Source of the DNA: a virus
Virus record (IMG/VR): IMGVR_UViG_3300033156_000392
Span: 9,254 to 73,253 of that record
DNA: 64,000 bases
Direction: 5' to 3' (one strand)
Positions 56,223 to 64,000 of the stretch are shown one piece after another; positions within the stretch are counted from its first letter, which is position 1, and each line of letters begins with the position of its first letter. The notes under the pieces are model-generated. The model had not been told where the DNA came from and ran no database searches. It saw nothing but the letters and a program-made list of their open reading frames with translations. The position numbers were made by a program, and so were the translations under genes.

Positions 56223-56876
56223 TTGACGATACTTACGCCTAGGCTACGAATGTTCAGAGAGCACTCTCACTCTGGAGGTGTAGACGGTTCGGTCGTCCAC
56301 TACAAGGCTCTACCGATCAGACCTGGTATGTTCATAAACGATGACTGGGGCGATGACAGAATATCCAGCAGAGTCCAGAGATCCGACAGATACAGACCGG
56401 AGTGGCAGGCTGTGAACGGCTCTTGGCAAGCCTCTGGTGGTGAGCTGAGAGAGACCACCATTACGGCTAACTGGGCAGAGATACAGACTCCTTCCAGCTT
56501 CACCGTCGGTTCCTGGGTGGTGAGAGGGAGTCTTGGGAACACCGGGAGCAACAACGATCTGGCTCTCAGATTCATGTACATAGACTCTCAGAACTTCTAT
56601 CAGTTGCAACTCGGAGGAACTGGTAACTTCATTCTGGTCAAAGTGGTCGGTGGCTCTGCCTATCAGATAATATCCGATCCGTGGACGGTTGACACCAACT
56701 GGCACGTGATGAAAGTCACCAGAGACGAAGACGGGAACTTTGACATCTATCTCGATGGAACGTCCAGAGGGAGCACTCAAGACACGACTTTCTCGACTTC
56801 CAACTACATGAGATTCGCCATAGTGCAGTCGAGCACCGCTTCTCCCACTCGGATAGACTATGTGAAGGTGTATTGA
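56223..56876 (+). CDS. Concanavalin A-like lectin-fold virion protein (paralogue A)
   Basis: HSHSGG..G N-terminus; YRPEW...NGSW; WH.MKVTRDEDG; DY.KVY end. Confidence 0.7.
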   Translation: MTILTPRLRMFREHSHSGGVDGSVVHYKALPIRPGMFINDDWGDDRISSRVQRSDRYRPEWQAVNGSWQASGGELRETTITANWAEIQTPSSFTVGSWVVRGSLGNTGSNNDLALRFMYIDSQNFYQLQLGGTGNFILVKVVGGSAYQIISDPWTVDTNWHVMKVTRDEDGNFDIYLDGTSRGSTQDTTFSTSNYMRFAIVQSSTASPTRIDYVKVY

Positions 56877-56877
56877 G

Positions 56878-58209
56878 ATGAGGACGAGATTTCCTTTCAC
56901 GTATATAGATGCTAGGCACTCCCACTCCGGTGGACTGGACGGCCCAAGCTTGAACTACAAGGCTCTCCCCTTCAGAGGGAAGTACTACATATACGACGAC
57001 TTCGGAGACTTGGTCAACCTGGATGAGGGTCTGGTCGGATACTGGAAGTTTGATGAAGGAAGTGGGACAACCGTCCAAGACAGCTCACCAGAGTCCAATG
57101 ATGGGAACATATTCGGGAGTACGTGGACCTCAGATGCGGTGCTGGGCAACGCTCTGGACTTTGACGGATCCGATGACTACGTTTCCGTCCCGAACTCTTC
57201 TTCTCTAAATCCCTCAAGAGAAATAACTCTCACGGCTTGGATAAAGATCCCTTCTTATAACCATCAGGGAGTAATTTCAAAAGGAGTTGAGGCTGGTGCA
57301 GCTCTACCGTATTTTCTGAGTATCCAAGACGCTGGAGAGTTACGTCTCGGAGTCTGTAATACCAGCCCACAGGGCTTTCATGATGTCTGGGGCAGCACTG
57401 TACCTCTGAATCAGTGGGTTTTCGTCGCTGGGACGTTCTCCACCGACGGAAGACTGAGTGTCTACATCAACGGAGAGCATGACAACTCAGCCTTCACTTC
57501 AGCGACTGGGATACGCTCTAATACAGAGAAGGTGTACATCGGCTGCATGTATGATGCAGAAGGAGGGACTTACGGATTCTCGAACGGGATCATTGATGAA
57601 GTCCGTATCTACAACAGAGCTCTTTCTCCAAGAGAGATACTCCATCTCTACTCACATCCTTCCGGAACTCCCTCAGTGGTCAATAGCTTGCAGAGCAGAG
57701 AAATCTCCTCAGACGTGTTCAGGCCGTCATGGTCTCTCACTTCCGGCAGCACGGTTACTGGGGGTGGTCTTCTCACTCTCAGCAGCGGGAACACTATCAT
57801 CTCTACATCTAGTGAGGCGTCATTTGGTGTCTGGGAGCTCAAATGGAGGTGGGACTCGATCCCCACCACGAAATGGCTGACTTTTCTCTTCCTGTATGAG
57901 GACTCACAGAACAACTGGAGAGTCGAGTGCACCTACGACGGCTCTGTCAAGCTCCAGAAGGTCGTTGGAGGAGTTTCTTCGTATCTTGTGACGGGTAGTT
58001 ATACGGTGGACACCTCCTTTCACACTCTCAGAGTGGAGAGAGATGAGGGGAGTGACACCTGGAACCTCTACTTCGATGACACTCTCATTGGAACGGCGAC
58101 TGACAGTGACGTCAAGACATCTACAGAGATGAGAATATTGAACGATGGTACGGATGCTGACGTCAAGCTGGACTACTTGAAGGTGTATCCTCTGGAGGTG
58201 GATGGATGA
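56878..58209 (+). CDS. Lectin-fold virion protein (paralogue B) with inserted LamG domain
   Basis: HSHSGG; GLVGYWKFDEGSG...ALDFDG...IDEVRIYNRALS LamG signature; DYLKVY. Confidence 0.82.
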   Translation: MRTRFPFTYIDARHSHSGGLDGPSLNYKALPFRGKYYIYDDFGDLVNLDEGLVGYWKFDEGSGTTVQDSSPESNDGNIFGSTWTSDAVLGNALDFDGSDDYVSVPNSSSLNPSREITLTAWIKIPSYNHQGVISKGVEAGAALPYFLSIQDAGELRLGVCNTSPQGFHDVWGSTVPLNQWVFVAGTFSTDGRLSVYINGEHDNSAFTSATGIRSNTEKVYIGCMYDAEGGTYGFSNGIIDEVRIYNRALSPREILHLYSHPSGTPSVVNSLQSREISSDVFRPSWSLTSGSTVTGGGLLTLSSGNTIISTSSEASFGVWELKWRWDSIPTTKWLTFLFLYEDSQNNWRVECTYDGSVKLQKVVGGVSSYLVTGSYTVDTSFHTLRVERDEGSDTWNLYFDDTLIGTATDSDVKTSTEMRILNDGTDADVKLDYLKVYPLEVDG

Positions 58210-58886
58210 CGATAGTACTACCAAGATTCTACTCGAAGAGGCGACATGACCACTCTGGTGGGAAGGAAGGACTGCAGACAGACGTCACTTCTCTCCCATA
58301 CAGAGGGAGATACTACGTATTTGACACCTGGGGCGACAACCGAATGAGTGAGAGAGTCCAGATGGGAAACGAGTACAGACCGGACTGGATAGTCAGGAAC
58401 GGCTCTTGGTCAGCTTCCTCTGGCTACTTAGAGAACTCCGTGAGTGACGGGTCAGCTGACATCTACACCACCTCCACCAAGTCGAGTGGAGTCTGGGAGC
58501 TCTCCATAAACAACTACACTCTCACCAACAACAACGATACTTCCTTCTTCATAATGAGCAGTAACTTAACTCCCACTATCGACGGAAACGGATACTGCTA
58601 CCGACTTAACCCCAACCATGCCGATCACTACTTGTACAAGTACGTCGGCGGCAGTCCGACTGCTCTTCTCTCCTTCTCATACACGTTCACTTCCAACAAG
58701 TGGTACAAGCTGAAAATCGTCAGGGACGAAGATGGAACTTTTGAAGTCTACCTTGGTGACGAACTTGGATACGACTTGAAGGGAACCGTGACGGACAAGA
58801 CTTTCATGAGCTCGAAGTACATGCTCATCATTCACTCCACTATCGGACTTCAGACTACTTATTACGATAACTTGAAAGTGTATTGA
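58206..58886 (+). CDS. Lectin-fold virion protein (paralogue C)
   Basis: HDHSGG; YRPDW...NGSW; RDEDG; DNLKVY. Confidence 0.7.
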   Translation: MTIVLPRFYSKRRHDHSGGKEGLQTDVTSLPYRGRYYVFDTWGDNRMSERVQMGNEYRPDWIVRNGSWSASSGYLENSVSDGSADIYTTSTKSSGVWELSINNYTLTNNNDTSFFIMSSNLTPTIDGNGYCYRLNPNHADHYLYKYVGGSPTALLSFSYTFTSNKWYKLKIVRDEDGTFEVYLGDELGYDLKGTVTDKTFMSSKYMLIIHSTIGLQTTYYDNLKVY

Positions 58887-58893
58887 ACAGGAG

Positions 58894-59364
58894 GTGGAAG
58901 AAGTGAAGATCTGGAGCACCGTGAGCTGGACTGGGGCTGGAACTTCAGACGATCCGAGGAGACCAGACATCAGTGGAGTTTCCTATGCCGTCCTCGAGGT
59001 TCCACACACTTCTCCAGAGACTGGGACGTACTGTCTAGTGAAGGCTGCCGGACTCCCTGGAGACGTTTCCGCTCTGACTTCTATCGATGACCAGCAAGCC
59101 ATAGCTCTGATGACTCCCGTGAACCCGTCTCTCACTTGGTCTTCTCTGGAGGTCGCTGATCCGGAGTTGGAGTCTATCGGAGACACACTTGGTGTCGATG
59201 TAAAGGAAGTCAGGAACAGAGCTTCTGGGAACTTGTCCTACAGGGAGTGGGAAGTCGTAAGAGCTCTTGCCAACAAGAAGGGCGTGGACGTTTCTCAGTA
59301 CGAGTGGGACGTTAAGCAAGGGAAGTGTGTCCAGTTCGAGTCTGCTCTCAAGCTTCTGAGGTAG
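58894..59364 (+). CDS. Hypothetical virion protein
   Basis: GAGTSDDPRRP motif; structural operon. Confidence 0.55.
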   Translation: MEEVKIWSTVSWTGAGTSDDPRRPDISGVSYAVLEVPHTSPETGTYCLVKAAGLPGDVSALTSIDDQQAIALMTPVNPSLTWSSLEVADPELESIGDTLGVDVKEVRNRASGNLSYREWEVVRALANKKGVDVSQYEWDVKQGKCVQFESALKLLR

Positions 59365-59365
59365 G

Positions 59366-60955
59366 GTGAGAGAGGTGCTTTTGGATGAGACAGGCTCTCT
59401 CGGCTTCGATACTCTTCTCGAGACTGGATACGTCGTCTTTCCACCTCTCACGGAGACTGGGACAAGGCTGCTGGTGAGGACCTACTCGACTGACGCTTCT
59501 CTCTGGGTCAGTACGTACGTAAGCTCCTCCGTGTCGGCTGCTCTCTCCGCTCTTCTCTCCCAGAGAAAGACGACGGATGTTGGAATGGAAGCTCCCTTGC
59601 TTGCGGAGAAGGTGAAAGACGCTTCTCTGGAGAGCGTGCTAATGCAGACGTACATCACCTCTGGGCGGAGAGCGACTGAGACTGGAGAGGTGTTCTGGGG
59701 CGTTTCAGAGTCTGGGCTTACCGGAGATCCGATACTCGAGGATGGAGAGATCCTTCTTGGAGCTTATGGTCTGGTCATGGAGAGTGTCCTTAAAGGGGTG
59801 CTCTCTGCCTCAGCCTTACTTGAGGGGGTCATGAAGAGTGCTTTGAGCACCACCGCCACTCTCTCCTCCGTTCTCGGCCTCTCCGAGACCGTGAGTGCTT
59901 CGGTAGAGAGCGTTCTCAAGGCTCTTGCCTCAAAAGACGCTGCTCTTGAGGGACTTCTCCTCGGGACCTATCAGAAGGGAGTCGGACTGGAGGCCGAGAT
60001 CGAAACACTCTACAACAAAGTCGCCTCTCTAGAGGCAGTCTTGTTCACTCCGATGACTCTATCAGCCACTCTCGACGTCGCTCTTTCTGCTCTCAGAAAC
60101 GTCGGTCTTGCTCTCGAAACTGTCACGGCCTCGAGGCTCTCTCTCGGATCTTCTCTGGAGGGAGTCATACTCGGAGTCTACACTCTTGGCACGCCTCTCT
60201 CCGCTCCTCTCTACAAGTTTCTTACAACGACTCTGAGCATGGATGTCGCTCTCGGGTTGAGGAAAGCCGTTACGTCAAGCTTAGATTCTGTTCTCTTAAA
60301 TAGGAGGGTTTCTTCTGCACTTCTCGAGGGAGTCATCTTGGGCACTTACACGCTATCGACTCCCATGGACGTAGCTATCTACTCCGTAATGGAAACTTCA
60401 ACAGCCCTGGATGCTCCTCTGTACAACCTAGAGAGTGTACAAGCACAGATGGAAGTGGCACTCAAGTACATGCTGACCACTTCGGTTTCTCTTGACGCTC
60501 CTCTCTTCTCAAGGAGAGTCACCGCTCCGACTCTCTTCGCCCCTCTGTACTCCGTGGAGAGCACACAGACGTTTCTCTCGTCCTCTCTCTATAGGCGACT
60601 ATCAGATTCTCTCTCTCTTACAACTGCTCTGAAGTATTCTCTATCTTCTTCCGTATCTCTCTCCGCCGCTATCTACTCGACGCTGCAGAAAGGTACTCTG
60701 ATGGAGAGTCCTCTGTACACCCTTCTCTCTCTCGGAGCGTCAATGGAGACACCACTCTACAGAGTTCTCAGTGCCTCGTCCACTCTAGAAAGCTCACTGT
60801 ACTACTTGCTTACGGAGAGTCTTTCTCTTGAAGGGTGCATCTCTGCCAGGAAGAGCTCCACAGCCTCACTGGAGGCACATCTGGACTGGTTCGCTAAGGA
60901 GAGAGTGGTTATCTACTTCACACAACCTGGGAGGCTGATAGTTTCCTTTGAATAG
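59366..60955 (+). CDS. Repeat-built fibre-like protein (ETG motifs + ~27 x 14-aa repeats)
   Basis: [LM][ED]xx[LI] recurring every 14 residues. Confidence 0.7.
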   Translation: MREVLLDETGSLGFDTLLETGYVVFPPLTETGTRLLVRTYSTDASLWVSTYVSSSVSAALSALLSQRKTTDVGMEAPLLAEKVKDASLESVLMQTYITSGRRATETGEVFWGVSESGLTGDPILEDGEILLGAYGLVMESVLKGVLSASALLEGVMKSALSTTATLSSVLGLSETVSASVESVLKALASKDAALEGLLLGTYQKGVGLEAEIETLYNKVASLEAVLFTPMTLSATLDVALSALRNVGLALETVTASRLSLGSSLEGVILGVYTLGTPLSAPLYKFLTTTLSMDVALGLRKAVTSSLDSVLLNRRVSSALLEGVILGTYTLSTPMDVAIYSVMETSTALDAPLYNLESVQAQMEVALKYMLTTSVSLDAPLFSRRVTAPTLFAPLYSVESTQTFLSSSLYRRLSDSLSLTTALKYSLSSSVSLSAAIYSTLQKGTLMESPLYTLLSLGASMETPLYRVLSASSTLESSLYYLLTESLSLEGCISARKSSTASLEAHLDWFAKERVVIYFTQPGRLIVSFE

Positions 60956-60996
60956 GAGGGATTATATACCATGAGAGGCTTAGGAAGTTCTGGAGG

Positions 60997-61281
60997 ATGG
61001 TTGCCTTGTCGGTAGAGTTTCTTGTGGGAGAGACCGTCACCATCCAGGGAAGGATGATGGACATGTACAGGAACATTCTCCTGGATGCAGACTCTGGGAC
61101 GGTGACTGTCAAGCTTGGAGACGTCACGAAGGTGGATGAGCAGCCCATGACCAAAGTTCAAGACGGAGTCTTCGAGTACTACTACGTCCCAGACGAGACT
61201 GGCTTCCACGAGGCCATCGTGACTCTCGTTAAGTCTGGAAAGATACTCAAGGAGAAGTCGTACTTCCGGGTGGTCGAGTGA
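60997..61281 (+). CDS. Small Ig-like/BppU-like structural protein
   Basis: GETV.I...D.D...M.K..DGVFEYYY.P...G...F.V pattern. Confidence 0.55.
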   Translation: MVALSVEFLVGETVTIQGRMMDMYRNILLDADSGTVTVKLGDVTKVDEQPMTKVQDGVFEYYYVPDETGFHEAIVTLVKSGKILKEKSYFRVVE

Positions 61282-64000
61282 GAGTGGAGGAGCTTCTGGA
61301 GCCGGAACGCTTCAAGGCTGAAGGGATAGATAAAGACATGGAGAACAAAGAAGAGAGATGGAGAGAGCTAATAGCAGATTTGAGATACTTGGGAAATAGT
61401 GCCTTTCCGAGACTCAAAGAAGGAAAGAAATGGGGTGACTGGGATCTTCCTCTGGTCAGAAAGTACTTTGCCAAGATAGTCGACACTCTGAGGAGCATCT
61501 ATTTTCCTATCATTCCTCCTTGGCCTCCTTTTTCCGATTTGTATGAGAAAACGACAGGAAAGTCCGCTGGACGAGCTCAGAGAGCTTCTTTCTGGCTGCT
61601 CTACAGAGAGGCTGAGAAGTACATGGAGAGGAACCCTCCAAAGAGCATAGAAGAAGTTAAGGAGTGGGAGAAGAAGCGTAAAGAAATAATTAAATTAGGA
61701 CGTTTTCCTCCACTTGATAAGATTGATCCTCCGTACGTACAGAAGCTTACGGACAAAGAACTAGTTACTCTTTATAGGTATCTACATCACCTATACAGGG
61801 TAAGAGGTAAAGTGTGGGAAGACTTGCACAACGCTCACGTCTTTGTGGGAATAGAGATGGTGAAGAGAGGAATATACAATCAGAACAAGATAGAGGATGC
61901 TCTGACGGAAGCTACCAAGCTCGAGATTCTCGAGTATCCCACTCCAAAAGGGATACAGCACACTCTCTCAGACGTTCCAAGGGAGCTTGTGGAGAAAGGA
62001 TACGTCACAGTCGAAGACGTCTTGAAGTACTTCCCGAAGGAGATAGAGATACGTGTTCCTCCCTCTTCTCTCTATCTCACGGGAAGACTAGTCAACGAAG
62101 GGAAGATCCCTGTGGAGTACCTCTCTCCTGACTCCAAGCACGATATCGACGTCATCCACAGGGGACAGTACGACAGGAGAATTCCAGAGGCTCTTGCCAT
62201 GCTCCTCCCTCCCTGGCTGGCTAGGAAGATACACTATCATCCAGATCCAGACGGACCTCTTGAGGGGTGGGGCATCCCTCTCTACAATCTCTCCTTCAAA
62301 CGCCTTCCTCTGTCGAAAACTAGGAGAATTTCTCCCTGGGAGGTGTACGATCTCTCTCTCGTGGTGGGCAAGCCTTTCGTCCCGGTCAAGCCGAAGTCTG
62401 GGTTCGGAAAGACGGAGTTCTGGGACCCAGAGGAGATGTGGGAGAAGTGGGGGAAGGAGAGGATAGAGAGAGGAATAGTTGTACAGAGAAAGTATGACGG
62501 TCGAAGGTTCACGTTCCACTTCGACAGGAAGAGAGGGATCCTGAAGCTCTTCACCGAGGACAGGCAGAGGGACAGGTCTGATGAGCTGAAGGCTGCTGTC
62601 CAGGAGTTCATGAAGGAGTTCAAGGGGGACAGCATCATTCTGGACTTAGAAATAGAGGCGTACAGACTTCCTCCCAACGTCAAGGTGAAGAGTGCTGAGG
62701 GGAAGGTGAAGCTCGGTACACTCATCCCTAGAGAGGACACTGCCGCCTACACGGTGGGAAAGGTCTCTGAGGATCTTCTAGACAAGGCTGTTTTTGAGGT
62801 CTACGACATTCTCTATCTTGACGGCAGAGATCTGACGAAGGAAGGGTACTTGGAGAGAATCAAGACAATACACAAAGTGCTCCCCAAGAATATGTACTGG
62901 TGGAGAGCCACACCCTTCGGTCTGGCAAGGAGCAAGAAAGAGTTCCTCTCACTGGTGGAGAAGTTCAGGAGCATACCCGGCTCTGAAGGTGTGGTGTGTA
63001 AAACTGCTGACGCTGTCTATCCGGTGAAGTACTCCGGGGAGAACAGAACTGACCAGTTCTGCAAGCTGAAGAATCTCAAGGAAATAGACGTCATGGTCTA
63101 CAAGGTAGTACGTAAGAAAACGAGAGAAGGGAAGCCTCTCAATCAGTACATGTACGAGTGTGCATACTTGATTCCGGGAGACAGAAGGGACGAGTTCTGG
63201 AACTCCTTTGAGTACAAGGGAAGATGGTATGCACCGATAGGAAGATCCTACTCGACTAACGTAAAGTGTGACGTAAGTGACATTATAACGGTCATGCCTA
63301 TCAGAATAAGAAAGTACGAGAGAAACGGAAAGACAGCTTTCACTTGGATGTTTCCTCTCTTTAAAGAGAAAAGAGAGGACAAGAAGGAGCCGGACACTCT
63401 CACCACAGTCGAGAGGATAGCGAAGGTTGGAACTGCTCCTCTCTCCGTAATGTCTGAGGAGGAAATAGTGCACAGATTGGAGAGGTGTCCGTTCTGGAGA
63501 AATCCCTCAATATGTCCTTTTGCACTCAAGTTCGCTGCTCCGATGGACAATCTCTCAAAGGAGTACAGAGAGGTACTTAGATTCCCTGTTAGATGCAGAT
63601 TCGCCTACATCTATAAGTGCAGATACTGCAAGCCGTACTATTACGGGATTGTTCCGATAGATTCAAGCATGGTCGAGGACTCTCTCCTCTCTGACGACTG
63701 GAGGATGATAAGGAAGGTGGACATGGTTGCTAAGTACATGGAGTATCCTCCCAAGCAGCCAGTTCCCTTCGTCATCCAGAGGCACCAAATAGGAAACTCT
63801 CAGCACTTCGACTTCAGGCTGAAGGTGGACGGATACTTAGTGGGCTGGTCGATTGTTGGTTTCTCCACCGAGAAGCCAGCCACCATCGAGTATTTGCTCA
63901 AGAATATCGGAAAAGGATTCAGAGCAGAAGAAAAAAGTCGTCAACCCCCTTCTTGGATTAGTGTCTCCGGGGTGGTCAAACCTGGTGAGGTGGGTGCAGG
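61278..64000 (+). CDS. Multidomain protein: nucleotidyltransferase + ATP-dependent DNA ligase + LigD-type 3'-phosphoesterase; truncated by the window edge, absent from ORF track
   Basis: Open frame from GTG 61278; LYLTGRLV..G..HDID (NTase); KYDG (62490), ILDLE, YDILY, EGVVCK, KLK (ligase); FVIQRH...HFDFRL..DG.L.GW (63768+). Confidence 0.88.
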   Translation, partial: MRVEELLEPERFKAEGIDKDMENKEERWRELIADLRYLGNSAFPRLKEGKKWGDWDLPLVRKYFAKIVDTLRSIYFPIIPPWPPFSDLYEKTTGKSAGRAQRASFWLLYREAEKYMERNPPKSIEEVKEWEKKRKEIIKLGRFPPLDKIDPPYVQKLTDKELVTLYRYLHHLYRVRGKVWEDLHNAHVFVGIEMVKRGIYNQNKIEDALTEATKLEILEYPTPKGIQHTLSDVPRELVEKGYVTVEDVLKYFPKEIEIRVPPSSLYLTGRLVNEGKIPVEYLSPDSKHDIDVIHRGQYDRRIPEALAMLLPPWLARKIHYHPDPDGPLEGWGIPLYNLSFKRLPLSKTRRISPWEVYDLSLVVGKPFVPVKPKSGFGKTEFWDPEEMWEKWGKERIERGIVVQRKYDGRRFTFHFDRKRGILKLFTEDRQRDRSDELKAAVQEFMKEFKGDSIILDLEIEAYRLPPNVKVKSAEGKVKLGTLIPREDTAAYTVGKVSEDLLDKAVFEVYDILYLDGRDLTKEGYLERIKTIHKVLPKNMYWWRATPFGLARSKKEFLSLVEKFRSIPGSEGVVCKTADAVYPVKYSGENRTDQFCKLKNLKEIDVMVYKVVRKKTREGKPLNQYMYECAYLIPGDRRDEFWNSFEYKGRWYAPIGRSYSTNVKCDVSDIITVMPIRIRKYERNGKTAFTWMFPLFKEKREDKKEPDTLTTVERIAKVGTAPLSVMSEEEIVHRLERCPFWRNPSICPFALKFAAPMDNLSKEYREVLRFPVRCRFAYIYKCRYCKPYYYGIVPIDSSMVEDSLLSDDWRMIRKVDMVAKYMEYPPKQPVPFVIQRHQIGNSQHFDFRLKVDGYLVGWSIVGFSTEKPATIEYLLKNIGKGFRAEEKSRQPPSWISVSGVVKPGEVGA

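Larger units (their letters stand above)
1..64000. mobile_element. Archaeal tailed virus (Caudoviricetes) genome segment
   Basis: Portal, TerS/TerL and tail-like genes together with archaeal-type PolB, RadA, XPF, Alba, RpoP; no cellular housekeeping operons; GGTGA RBS and TATA boxes. Confidence 0.93.

Noticed and set aside
1-64000. Many overlapping antisense ORFs in the track (S/L/F-rich)
   Set aside because: Shadows of purine-rich genes on the other strand; no RBS or motifs
1-64000. Integrated provirus with att sites
   Set aside because: No integrase, tRNA or host flank visible in the window; lifestyle cannot be determined

Overview
The whole window looks like part of the genome of a tailed (Caudoviricetes) virus of a probably thermophilic archaeon. 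It carries a portal, small and large terminase and tail/lectin-like structural genes, plus archaeal-type PolB, RadA, short XPF, Alba and RpoP homologues, GGTGA Shine-Dalgarno sites and TATA promoters. Layout: tail genes (1-4.3 kb, +); Alba/portal/phosphoesterase/PolB/OB-fold block (4.2-10.8 kb, -); DHH-RadA-XPF, glycosylation and protease block (10.9-19.1 kb, +); a ~31 kb leftward accessory region (19-50.6 kb); terminase and structural genes (51.9-61.3 kb, +); and a large NTase-ligase-phosphoesterase gene running off the right edge. Most notable: (1) a MoxR-type AAA+/vWA-peptidase pair followed by 8-10 diverged paralogues with a shared C-terminal helix, (2) ten copies of a 21-bp palindrome mostly at gene junctions, (3) a repeated GTTTATAAAC-N10-TATA promoter design, (4) two candidate structured ncRNAs, (5) an RNA polymerase subunit P homologue missing from the ORF track. 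All calls come from reading motifs by eye; no database searches were run.
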